Below are positions 52,099 through 64,000 of a DNA stretch of 64,000 nucleotides, piece by piece. Positions within the stretch are counted from its first letter, which is position 1, and the number at the start of each line of letters is the position of its first letter. The notes under the pieces were generated by a model. It saw only the letters and a list, made by a program, of their open reading frames with translations, ran no database searches and was not told the origin of the DNA. Origin of the DNA: Octopus vulgaris (Eukaryota); NCBI GenBank assembly GCA_951406725.2, contig OX597815.1, forward strand, positions 155,372,001 to 155,436,000, read 5' to 3'. Made by a program: the position numbers and the translations under genes.

Positions 52099-53340
52099 TC
52101 AGGTTGAGTAAAAGGTAAGCAACGTTTTGAATCATAAAGAATTTGTACCGGATTTTTATAGTTTTGAATTTCTTTTGAACATTTGTTTTACAATTGGCTG
52201 ATAATACAGACATAAACTTGCTCAAATGCATTAATGGATTGACATTGATATTTTTTCACCGTTGTTACAATCATCTGAAATAGCTCCGTCAAAGTGCGAT
52301 ATTCGAGAAATTTTGCTAGTCAATTTCAAAAAAAGGATGTAAGGCAGCTGAAACTACTCGCTATATCAACGAAACGTTTGGTGAGGAAATGACCAGTGGG
52401 TGGTCATCTGGAAACTGGTTTAAACGATTTCGCGGTGGAGACCTGAGCCTTGAAGATCGTGTGCGCAGTGGACGCCCATCTGTCATTAATGACGGTCAAT
52501 TAAAGACCGCCATCGAGAAAGTTCCACGTAAAACCACTTGAGAATTTGCAAAAGAAATTCAAGTTAGCCAGAAAACTGCCTGCAACCATTTACATGCGAT
52601 CGGAAAATCAAAAAAGTTCGACAAATGGGTATCATACGATTTGAATGAAAATCAGAAAATCCGTAACCAGACCGATCCATTTCTCGGCCGCATTGTAACT
52701 TGCGTTGAAAAGATTCTGTACAATAATAAAAAACGTTCGTCGCAGTGGTTGGACCAAAATGAAGTACCGAAAACCTTCCTTAAATCCGAGCTCTTCAAAA
52801 AGCAGGTTATGGTGACTGTTTGGTAGTATACTGCTGGACTCATCCACTGTAACTAAAAACCCGGAAAAAAATTACTGTAGAAACATTTTGGCATGAAATT
52901 GCCAAAATGGACGAAAAACTGCTACTCCTCCGTCGCAAACTGATCAACAGAAGAGGGCCAATCATTCTTTATGACAATGCTCGACCACATGTTTCACTAA
53001 TGACGCTCCAGAAATTGAGGGAACTTGGCCACGAAGTTCTTCCCCACCCAGCTTATTCCCCAGAACTTTCTCCTACCGACTACCACTTTCTCAAGCACCT
53101 TGATGATTTCCTGCGAGAGGACTTCAAAAGTCAAACCGATGCTAAAAGTGAGTTTAAAGAGTTCATCAGCTTCAGAACTCCAGATTTTTATGCTACTGGA
53201 ATAAACAAACTTGTAACTCGTTGCCAAAAATGTGTTGGTTATAATGGTACTTACTTCGATGAATAAAATTTCCACATTGTTGAAATATATTGTGATGAAT
53301 TTCATGTTTCAAAACGTTGTTTACCTTTTACTCAGCCTGA
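52099..53340 (+). mobile_element. Full-length but inactivated mariner transposon
   Basis: TIRs TCAGGTTGAGTAAAAGGTAAGCAACGTTTTGAA; TA TSD; ILYDNARPH and HPAYSPELSPTDYHF (DD34D-type) motifs; frameshifts and stops. Confidence 0.92.
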
Positions 53341-53906
53341 TATTTCAAGATTTCTGGCCAATAGAGAAAGAATCAGTTTCTAACCTAGATCCAAGGCTCC
53401 TTCATTGAAATTTCAACAAAATCAGCGGAGTATTTTTGTATGTATATATGTATGTATGTACGTATGTATGTATGTTTGTATGTATGTACGTATGTATGTA
53501 TGTATGTATGTATGTATGTATGTATGTATGTATGTATGTATGTATGTATCTATGTATCTATGTATGTATGTTGTATGTATGTATGTACGTATGTATGTAT
53601 GTATGTATGTATGTATGTATGCATGTATGTATGTATGTATGTATGTGTGTGTATGTGTGTATACATGTATGTATGTTTGTATGTATGTATATGTGAGTAT
53701 GCATGTATGTGTGTGTATGTATGTGTCTGTATCTATATGTAAATGTATGCGTGTGTATGAATGTGTGTATCTTTATATAAATGTATGTGTGTATGTGTGT
53801 ATGTATGCATGTATGTATGTATTTATTTATGTGTGTATGTATGTACTATTTATACCTCGTTCAGAGATTTATTATTGTATGTATTTATGTATATATGTAT
53901 ATATAT

Positions 53907-54908
53907 TGTTACGAACCTGCCGTCGCTCAAACTCTTCGGGAAAAACCCGGGACCCTACTAAGTCGAGCGACGACGATTGACCGGCTGGATCGAACGGGCA
54001 ATTCGCCACGGAAGGAGAGAATTCTGTGGGGGAGAATGGCAGCGAACCCGGCAACCGGCGACCGGAGAGATAACGACAACAACAACAGCAGGAAGAAGAG
54101 ACACAAAGAGAGACGGCGGAAGGCAATTGGCTTACATTTAACAACGGTTTATAACACTTATTACAACATCAAATAAATCAAGATACATCAGGTATACAAC
54201 AAATCAAAGCATTTAAACATGCAGATACAATATACAATGTTCAAATCACATTAATGTTCACGATACAGTTCAAAGACAAATCAGAACAGTTCAATACATT
54301 AAAGTCTTTCTCTTTCTTTTTTTTCACGTCACGTATCAACACAATTCACATTGTTCTTTATAATCTCTTTAGCACTGTTCTTTCTTTTCGACAAGTCTTT
54401 TACTTAATTCACATATCAATTCTTTTACATTTTAACACAACTCAACAACACATACCGTTTCAATTCCTACTATAATAGCCGTGCCTTCTATCCGCCGTAA
54501 TCCCTCCTTCGCTCTCAGTCCTCTGTGTATGTCTTTCTCAACCTCTCATCCTCTCACTGTCTGCCTGTCGTTCTCACCGCTGTCACTGTCACTCTCTCGC
54601 CTGTCATCTCTCAGATTATCTGTCTGTCTTTCTCAACTGACCGCCTCCTCCGTAATCCCATCTGCCTTGTTACCAACTCAATTTCTCCGGCCGAACTGTC
54701 TAACAGACTCACAGTTCGTCGCTTTTTTATAGGGTAGTTTCCTTGACCCTTCCCTGACCGGCACAAGACCAAAGGTCCCCTCAAAGCTCATTACTCCTTC
54801 GTGAATCTGACAGAACAAAGGACAATAACTTTAGATTCCAGATCTTCAGACTACAAGCCAGCAAAGTAGGTCATAGCAGTTGTTTACCAATTTGACCTAC
54901 TCGTATCA
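53907..54908 (-). mobile_element. Solo LTR (~1 kb)
   Basis: TGTTACGA...TCGTATCA termini with ATAT on both sides; TATA-like CCCTATAAAAAAG on the minus strand near 54722-54734. Confidence 0.7.
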
Positions 54909-55538
54909 ATATATATATATATATATTGTATGTATGTTTGTATGTTTGTATGTTTGTATGGATGGATGGATGGACGTGCGTATGTATATATATGTGTGTG
55001 TATGTGTGTATGTATGTGTGTGTGTATGTGTGTATGTATGTGTGTGTGTATGCATGTAAATCTTCATCCCCACCTCAACACCATTATCCCTACCAAAACC
55101 AATAAAGGCACTGCCGCCTCCAACCCACCAAGCTCTTTAATGACCAACAACTGAAACAAAGACGGGGTAGAAGACACCCATCTAATATAAAAGACAATGT
55201 CACGAGATAATGCGATAGCCTTAATGTATTTTAAAAGTTGAATTAAATCTCTTTGATCTTAGATCAATGAGGATTGGCTTTAGACTAAATAGCAACAGCG
55301 GTACAATTAAGAACACCACCACTACCAACAATACCCCGCTCCTACTATCACCATCATCAGCGCCAAAGTTAATGCAAACACCACCGTCATTACCACTACC
55401 TGTCTTTACTGGAGGTAATAAAATTCTGTTCCAATGATTTTTGATTTTGTTTTTAGTTCAAAGTCACGAAACGTCCATGTTATCCAGTTCAACAAGTCTT
55501 AGTACCAGGAGAGTAGGTGCTAATTTGTTCGTCTAAAC

Positions 55539-56248
55539 CAGTGTTTCTGAATGAAGGGGAGTGCTCCTACCGGTGGAGCATGTTAGCATTTGGGATGGTG
55601 GGATAGTTCAGAATAGCGCGTAAGTAACAAATGAATGATAGCTGCAATAAAGTTTTAATTTAAACTTCCTTTGAACATTTATATGCTATTGAATATATAC
55701 GTATATTCGTCATACTAACTTTGAACCTTCGTAATAATAACGTGCATTTTGCAGATGAAGAAGGACAGCTATCGGATCTTTTCGGTTTGAACGGCAGTTT
55801 TTTAAAATAATTTCCGCGTAACTAAACACTTTTAAACTTCGTATACTGGTAGAATGTGTTTATAAAACATCTTTTCCTCTAGGCTTTATTGAGAAAATTC
55901 TATATTTTGTAAGATATTTGTTGTTATTTTTTTCTTCAATTTCTGTAATTTCAACCATTCAAATACGTCTATTGAGGTAAAAACATTCTGTGCCGTATGA
56001 ATATGTCCCTCGTTTAAGAAACAGATTGGGTTTATTTACATTTCTGAAGAAAAAAAGATACCCTTCCCCCACTCCTAACCCTAACTAACCCTAACCCTAA
56101 AACAGATTGAAATGCAATAGATCGATACTAGGGTCATAATTATGGGTGACAATTTCATATGACACCGCTAGGAAAAACTACCGTTCAAACCGAAAAAGAT
56201 CCCAGATATCCAAGTGGAGCGTAGAGTAATACAGATTAAGAAACACTA
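55539..56248. mobile_element. hAT-type MITE with a nested Merlin-like MITE
   Basis: CAGTGTTTCT...AGAAACACTA termini; flanks gtcTAaac/gttTAcgt. Confidence 0.55.
55774..56202. mobile_element. Merlin-like MITE monomer (429 bp) with an internal (CCCTAA)n tract
   Basis: TIR GGATCTTTTTCGGTTTGAACGG; TSD CAGCTATC/CAGATATC. Confidence 0.85.
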
Positions 56249-56677
56249 GTTTACGTCTCGACTCAGTTGACCTAATAATCAAAGGTATTCCATCCGTAGC
56301 CATTTCAACTCATTTATCTAGGAACTTTTTTCTTTTTTGAGATGGTAGGACGTGATTTGAGGAATATTTAGTTACTTTTTCTGATAGGTCTAGCGGCACT
56401 CTGTGGTTTCTTTGTTTGCCTCGGTAGTTCAGACAGAAAATACTGAAGCTAGGATATTTCTTTCTTTTTTTTTTTTTTTTTTTTTTTTAGTAGTACACAT
56501 CCCACCTTTCTTCAATATGTCTTATGGCTAGAAATCAAGGCTTATATACGTTATACGAAAAATAAATTTGTTACTTTTCACATAGCAACACAATTTCTTT
56601 CCAATATCGGTAACTATAATAATCAATACTGTAGAATACAATCAAATATTGACCTCCACCCCATGTATAGAAGCTAA

Positions 56678-57027
56678 TTTCCTATTTGTAACTGTTCGCG
56701 TTTTACTTGATATTGGATAAATATTTCTTCCGATTATGTAACAAAAAGGGAAGAACAGACATTGAATGTTGCTCTGCTTGTTTCCATTGACTTTTTAAGT
56801 TTACCCCAATTATTTCTCGCCAATGCCAATGATATATTCTGACATACATATTTTCTCATTTTCCTATTTGCAATTGTTAGCTTTTTGCTTCATATTGGAT
56901 AAATATTTCTTTTGTGTAAACAGAATTTGATCGAATGTTGCCCTGGTTCTTTCCATTGACTAATAAAAGTTCACTCTAATCATTTCTCGCCGGTGCCAAG
57001 GGTAGATTTTGACATATTTTCTCGTTA
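56678..57027. repeat. Diverged ~175-bp tandem duplication
   Basis: TTCCTATTTG...ATATTGGATAAATATTTCTT...TTTCCATTGACT...ATTTCTCGCC occurs twice. Confidence 0.75.
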
Positions 57028-57069
57028 TTCTAAATACATTACGCCTTCAACCTTCCAAAACTCCCAATA

Positions 57070-57308
57070 TATCATATAAGAGGCAACTAACAGAGCTGCA
57101 ATAGGAAGTATGCCGGTAGCTTGTTATTTGAACTACATAAAAGATAGAGGTGGGATGTCAGACGTCTAGATAGCAAAATAAATTTAGGCTTTAAATTAAT
57201 TTTGCTATCTAGATGTCTGACATTCCATCTCTATCCTTTATAAAGTTCAAATAACAAGCTACCGGCATACTTCCTATTGCAGCTGAGTCAGTTGCCTCTT
57301 ATATGATA
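57070..57308. repeat. ~238-bp near-perfect palindrome
   Basis: Arms of ~115 bp centred near 57189. Confidence 0.9.
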
Positions 57309-58052
57309 GTATTAATCTACCATCGCTTGACCCGCAAACTGGCAAGGCTTCTGATGCAACTGTCGAGATCACTCATAGAATTAATACCCGGGCGAAAGAA
57401 AAAGAACGGGAACTGATGTATAAAATAAATGAAACCGGGCAATGTTTTGTGGTATCTAGTTGCGTTCTTTTACAATTATGTGTTCGAATCTCACCTGGTA
57501 AATATTGCTTTTCCCCTGTTAAAGCGCTCAAATGATTGAAACGACTCTAACCGTATACACTGAAATTTAAATAGATACAGCTGGAAATATACTTCCGTTC
57601 TTGCTGTTGTTTAGCTCCGGCTAAAATATAATAGACTGACTTCTCCTCCGAAATTGCTGGCCTTGTGCTGAAACAGCTGTAAGTGATTTTAATAATTTAT
57701 ATTCATGTTTTTTAATAACTGCTTTTATTCTTATATTATATGCATTGAATATTATACTATATGTATGTATGTTATTATGGTTGTCGTTTTGATAAATAAA
57801 TAAGTCAACATTTTAATATTCTAAAGCTGATGAACCTACTATTGTGCTTCTCCATTTTCTTATTTGCAATATAAATTAATGGTAAAATATTCTTTACCTT
57901 CACCCATTTAATACAATAAGTAAGTTTATTGCATTTCAATTAAAAACACTTTTGTATTAATAATTGGGTATTATACCAACACTATATTGGATAAGTATTA
58001 TCCCTTAGTGGGTTGGATCCACAACCCCTAACTTACTTGGTGTTATATATAT

Positions 58053-58486
<434 letters not shown>

Positions 58487-58694
58487 CTTCTGCTCAAATT
58501 TTTATAGAATTTCAAAAATCCGTGAAGTTACAGGTTTTTCATTTAAACTAAATTCAAAGTAATACCATATTGGTAGGGCACTAATAAATGCTTTATTATT
58601 ATGACTGCTCTCTTTGGTTTTAGGTCGCAGGCCCAATTAGCTCTTCACGCGAGCCAGCACAAAAGTCTGCACGGAGTGCGGCTTTTAAGCTAGT

Positions 58695-59076
58695 GGAAGC
58701 ACTCCGTCGGTTACGACGACGAGGCTTCCGGTTGATCCGAATCAACGGAACAGCCTGCTCGTGAAATTAACGTGTAAGTGGCTGAGCACTCCACAGACAC
58801 GTGTACCCTTAACGTAGTTCTCAGGGATATTCAGCGTGACACAGAGAGTGACAAGGCCGGCCCTTTGAAATACAGGTACAACAGAAACAGGAAGTAAGAG
58901 TGAGAGAAAGTTGTGGTGAAGAGTACAGCAGGGATCACCACCATCTCCTGCCGAAGATTCGTGGAGCTTTAGGTGTTTTCGCTCAATAAACACTCACAAC
59001 GCCTATGACCGATCGCCTATGACCGATCCTATGACCGCGAGTCCGCTGCCCTAACCACTGGGCCATTGCGCCTCCA
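58695..59076 (-). mobile_element. SINE family C, full length
   Basis: 13-bp TSD CTTTTAAGCTAGT (58682-58694 and 59077-59089). Confidence 0.9.
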
Positions 59077-59315
59077 CTTTTAAGCTAGTATTCTAAATAT
59101 GTCAGTAGTTACAATCAAATCATTCCTTACATTGGCACAATACTAGAAAAATGAGAAAGGAAATATATTAGGAATACTCATTTCATGTGAACAGTCAATG
59201 CACAGGCATGTGTAGTTAAGAAGTTTGTTTTCGAACCACTTGGCTTTGGGTTCAGTCTCACTATAGTCCTTGTGAGTGGATTTGGTGGGTAGAAACTGAA
59301 AGAAACAATCATATA

Positions 59316-60534
59316 CAGTATCTCACAGAAGTATGTACACCCCTAAAAAATTTCAGTGAAATTGTCATTATCGAAATATATCAAGCGAAACTTATACTGA
59401 ATAAAGTATATTATTCATGCAATCATTATGCATATTTGGAACACAAAACATTAAACATTTTCAAAGATATGAACGAAATATTAATTTTCAAGCGATACAA
59501 AAGTGTGTACACCCTAAAGCATTATTTGCTATATTCAATATTTGGTGTGACTGCCTTTGCTTTCAATGACTACATTAAGTCTTCTGGGCAGAGAGTCGAC
59601 TAAATTTTTGCATATAACCGACGAAATCGACCTCCATTCATCCTAAATAATGTCTTTCAGCTGGGTTACATTGAGAGTCGACTAAATTTTTGCATATAAC
59701 CGACGAAATCGATGACATCTCAACATTCCTTTTATCCTAAATAATGTCTCTTCAGCTGTGTCATTAGGGTCATTGGAACAAGATTTTCCTAGTTCCTTGA
59801 TACTTTTCAACATTGCTTACTTATGTCACAATATACCCCAAAGATTGTTCTCCAATAAATGTGAGTCCTCCGATCAGATGCACTCATGCATAGGCCCCAA
59901 GACAACACCTTAACCGCCACTTTTTATCTGATAAAAACTTAGTTGTCATCTTTGAAGTGTGTTTAGAGTCATTAGGGTCATTGGAACAAGGAATGTCTTC
60001 CTAGTTCCTTGATACTTTTCAACATTGCTTACTGCAATATGTCACAATAAAGCCCTGAATCCATTGTTCTCTCAATAAATGTGAGTCCTCCGACTTCAGT
60101 TGCACTCATGCATCCCCAAAGCATAAAACTTCCGCCACTGTGTTTCACGGTAGGTACAGTACGTTTGTCGCTATTATCTTCCCCTGGCCGTCGCCATACT
60201 CATTTAACACCACTTGACCCAATCAAGTTGATTTTAGTTTCATCAGCAAAAAGAATTTTATTCCAAAACTTCTTCTCCTTACTCACATAGGTTTCGGTAA
60301 AAGAAAGACGACTTGATTTATGCCTGGTAGGGAGGAGAGGCTTCCTACGAGGAATGTGTCCATGAAGACCACACTGGTTCAAGCTTCGGCGAACTGTTTG
60401 AGCGGATACACTCTTTCCACTAACAGAAGATACTTCTTGGACCAAAGATGAAGCGGTACGACGCCTGTGGTCCATCACGCAACGTTGGATGTGGTGAACA
60501 TCACGCGCAGTGAAGACGTACGTACATACATACA

Positions 60535-60568
<34 letters not shown>

Positions 60569-60597
60569 CATATACATATACATATATATACATATAT

Positions 60598-60657
<60 letters not shown>

Positions 60658-62046
60658 CGAGCTAGCAGAATCGTAAGCACGCCGGGTGAAATGCTTGACG
60701 GTATTTCGTCTGCCATTACTTTCTGACTTCAAATTCTGCAGAAGTTGACTTTGCCTTTCATCCTTTCGGGGTCAATAAATTAAGTACCAGTTACGCACTG
60801 GGTCGATGTAATCGACTTAATCCGTTTGTCTGTCTGTTTGTCCCGTCTGTGTTTAACCCCTTGTGGGTAGTAAAGAAATAGGTATTTCATCTGTCTTTAT
60901 GTTCTGAGTTCAAATTCCGCCGAGGTCGACTTTGCCTTTTATCCTTTCGGGTTCGATAAATTAAGTACCAGTTACGCACTGGGGTCGATGTAATCGACTT
61001 AATCCCTTTGTCTGTCTTTGTTTGTCCCCTCTATGTTTAGCCCCTTGAGGACAATAAAGAAATAAGAAACATAAGCAAGTCAGGCGAAATGCTTAGCGGT
61101 ATTTCGTCTGCCGCTACGTTCTGAGTTCAAATTCCGCCGAGGTCGACTTTCCCGTTCATCCTTTCGCGGTCGATTAAATAAGTACCAGTTACGCACTGGG
61201 GTCGATGTAATCGACTTAATCCGTGTGTCTGTCCTTGTTTGTCCTCTCTGTGTTTAGCCCCTTGTGGGTAGTAAGGAAATAGGTACTTCGTCTGTCTTTA
61301 CGTTCTGAGTTCAAATTCCGCCGCGGTCGACTATGCTTTTCCACCTTTCGGGATCAATAAATTAAGTACCAGTTGTGCACTGGGGTCGACCTCATCGACT
61401 GGTTCCCCCCACACACAATTTCAGACCTTGTACCTAGAGTAGAAAAGAATATCACGTGCTGTTAAAATAGATGGACGACTCAGGCGATATATTATTGCTT
61501 AGCCGTCCAATAGCTTTGTACTTCTGAATAACTTTGTCAACTACGTTTACGCTAATATGTATTCGTCTGCTAATTAACTTGTATCCGAAACAATTCTTGT
61601 GCAAAGTAAAAATAATTTTCTTTAAATCGTCAGACAATTCTTTTAGTTGTGGTGCCGTTTTAATGACAATGAAGATTTCCACCACGATACACAAATCAGA
61701 ATTCCTGCAGATGCAATAACAACCACCAGTGCAAAAATGCCGGGAGAAATAATTTATTAGAATTGAAATTATCGACAATATTTGAATTTAATTAATAAAA
61801 AGTGGACAAAATATTAAATATAGCAAATTTCCCTTAGGGTGTACATATTTTTGTAACTTTTGAAAGTTAATATTTCGTTCATATCTTTGAAAATGTTCAT
61901 TGTTTTGTGTTCCAAATTTGTATAATGCTAGCATAAATAATATATTTTATTCAGCATAAATTTCATTTGATTTCCTCCGCTATAATCAGAGTAATGGCAA
62001 TTTTACTGAAATCTTTTTTGAGTGTACATACTTCTGTGAGATACTG
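59316..62046 (-). mobile_element. Tc1-family IR/DR transposon, disrupted
   Basis: ~200-bp TIRs CAGTATCTCACAGAAGTATGTACAC with an inner direct repeat TGTACACCC; TA TSD; KELSDDLK...GYKLIS and RRKPLL...FWNKILFADETKINL motifs. Confidence 0.92.
60655..61451 (+). mobile_element. Array of four SINE-B or related units inside the Tc1 transposase
   Basis: GTTCTGAGTTCAAATTCC...AAGTACCAGTT blocks repeated four times, with variation. Confidence 0.9.
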
Positions 62047-62139
62047 TATATATATATATATATATATATATATTCGTTTGTCCCCTCTGTGTTTAGCCCC
62101 TTGTGGGTAGTAAAGAAATATATATATATATATACATAT

Positions 62140-63220
62140 AAATCAGTAAATGGTGGGGTTGTGTTGACCGCACGTGGAGAAATGATAGGAGAGGGAAAAT
62201 CATAATAAAGCAGAATGTTAAATTGAAAGCAAATTTTAATAAAGATGGGTGTATGGAAAATTAAAAAAAAAAAAATAATAAATCATACCGATTTTCATTG
62301 CAAAGCAAATTTTCAAGATTTGTAAGTGGAAAAGAATTTTTTTTTAATTGAGAAAGGGGAAAAAAAAGAAATTTACAATGTTTTTTTTAAAAAAAATAAT
62401 AATACATATATACAAAAATTAATAAATAAGTATACCAATACATTGTAGAGTCTTTATGCTTTTAGAGTTCAATAATAGTCCTTGGAAAAACTTCTTTGAA
62501 GGATTAGGATCCTTGTGTTTAAATGTAGTGCTTAGTTTAAAGCGTTGGGTGAATGTGTGTCAAAACAGGAAATGGGATAAGAGTTATCCAGTTCCTGTGA
62601 GTAAGGGGAGACAATTCTGTGGATTTTATGCTCTTTAATTAGAAAGATGGATTTTTGTCAAACAGGATGCTTATATCAATTTTTTGTCAGATAGGATGCT
62701 AGAAAAAGGAGTATGGTCATCGTGGAGTTTGCATATTAAGATGCGTTTGGAATTTTTCAATAAAAAGATTCTCCTTGTTGATTCTTTCTTGTGTAGAGAT
62801 TCCGTCTTTACATTGGTAGAAAGGGAATATGTGAAATTTGGGATTTTTATCTCTAGCGCAAGAGTCTATGTGGCTACTTAGTGGAATTTGACGGTATTGT
62901 GGGAGATTTATCTGTTCTTTATGAACCGCTACTCTTCTTCGTTTGTCCAACATAATTGTGTTGGCAACCGGCGCATGTGAGAACGTAGATGAGGTTCTCA
63001 GAGGAACAGGAGATTTTAAACTTTGTTCCTTGTTTGAAAGTATATTCAGAGCCTTCAAGTAGGAAGGGGCAGGTACCACAGTTATGGCCTGCACAATTTT
63101 TAACTGATGGGGGTGGATGTAGTGTCTGAAGTTTGGCATTTGTTAAGAGTTTTTTCAAAGATTTATGTTGCCTTTTGCATTTAAGGATTTTATGTGTATT
63201 GATAATATTATTCATTTTTA
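62140..63220 (-). mobile_element. Penelope-like element 3' part (GIY-YIG endonuclease and trailer)
   Basis: KNCAGHNCGTCPF, SCSSENLIYVLTCAGCQHNYVGQT, and KENLFIEKFQTHLN. Confidence 0.85.
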
Positions 63221-63239
63221 TTCAGACCCAAAAACATTG

Positions 63240-63372
63240 GTGGCGCAGAGAGGGGAAGCCGGTATGCATGGACGACTGCTGGTCTTCCATAAACAACCTT
63301 GCCCGGACTTGTGCCTCGGAGGGTAACCTTCTAGGTGCAATCCCATGGTCAGTTATGACCGAAGGGGGTCTC
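63240..63372 (+). mobile_element. SINE family D, 3' part
   Basis: Matches 36540-36650. Confidence 0.75.
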
Positions 63373-63679
63373 AGCATATATATATATATATATATATGCA
63401 CACAAGCATGTGCGTGTGCATGCATGTGTGTGCATATGTATGTGTGTTTGTGCCACCTCGTCTTAATATTGTATGACAATTATAAACATGTGTTATTATC
63501 GTGCAAGCAGTGTCATTCATTTTCAATCTTTCATGAAAACATGTCTGATCATGGAGAAATATTATCTTGCTTAGAAACAAGTGACAGCCGGCAACAAAAA
63601 CAGCATCTGGCTGCATTATAATTTGTCTCAATTAATACCACTAACCCATGCAAGCATGGAAAAGTGAACATTAAAATAA

Positions 63680-63694
63680 TAATGATGATGATAG

Positions 63695-63726
<32 letters not shown>

Positions 63727-63908
63727 GGTAATGGTGATGGTGATGATATCAGTGTCAGTGATGATGATGGTGATTTTTATGATGAGGAGGAGGACAACGA
63801 GGACGATGAGGACAAAGTAGGCAAGGAGGATGAGGAGGACAAGTACAAGGTCAAGGAGGAGGAGGATGTGGACAAGAGGATGAGGAAGAGGAGGTTGAAG
63901 TGGAGGAA
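63680..63908. repeat. (GAT)n and (GAG)n microsatellite
   Basis: Direct read. Confidence 0.9.
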
Positions 63909-64000
63909 TTAAAGTTGTTACAAACTGCAGCCATATCAAATGTAGGCAAAAATTTTCTAAGGATAACTCACAGTTTTGCATATCCACTAAACCAATGAGA

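Noticed and set aside
52907-53266. SETMAR or a domesticated transposase gene
   Set aside because: Lies between TIRs in a frameshifted mariner; no SET domain
60655-61451. CRISPR-like or satellite array
   Set aside because: Units are ~200-bp SINE bodies with no unique spacers, in a eukaryotic context with no cas genes

Overview
AT-rich, microsatellite-saturated animal DNA. The SINE, LINE and microsatellite mix looks like a coleoid cephalopod (Octopus-like) genome, which is an inference. There is only one clear host coding segment: the terminal exon (9282-9733, +) of an alpha-1-adrenergic-like aminergic GPCR, so bases 1-9281 are probably intron. The rest is mobile DNA: four tRNA-derived SINE families, RTE, CR1 and R4/Dong-type LINE remnants, Penelope-like GIY-YIG remnants, two mariners, an IR/DR Tc1, hAT and Merlin-like MITEs, two Helitrons and a solo LTR. 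The highlights are: (1) a 362-bp tandem and inverted retrozyme-like repeat carrying three minimal type-I hammerhead ribozymes with a U3-A8 core (21872-22847), plus a second hammerhead family at the ends of a 2-kb inverted repeat; (2) an intact ORF1-only zinc-knuckle retroelement nested in a Helitron that shares its 3' tail with a SINE family that recurs inside other SINEs; (3) Merlin-like MITEs carrying TTAGGG tracts, including a fold-back dimer; (4) R4/Dong-like LINEs and ~550-bp non-coding elements that appear to target microsatellites. All calls were made by eye, and the boundaries of degenerate elements are approximate.
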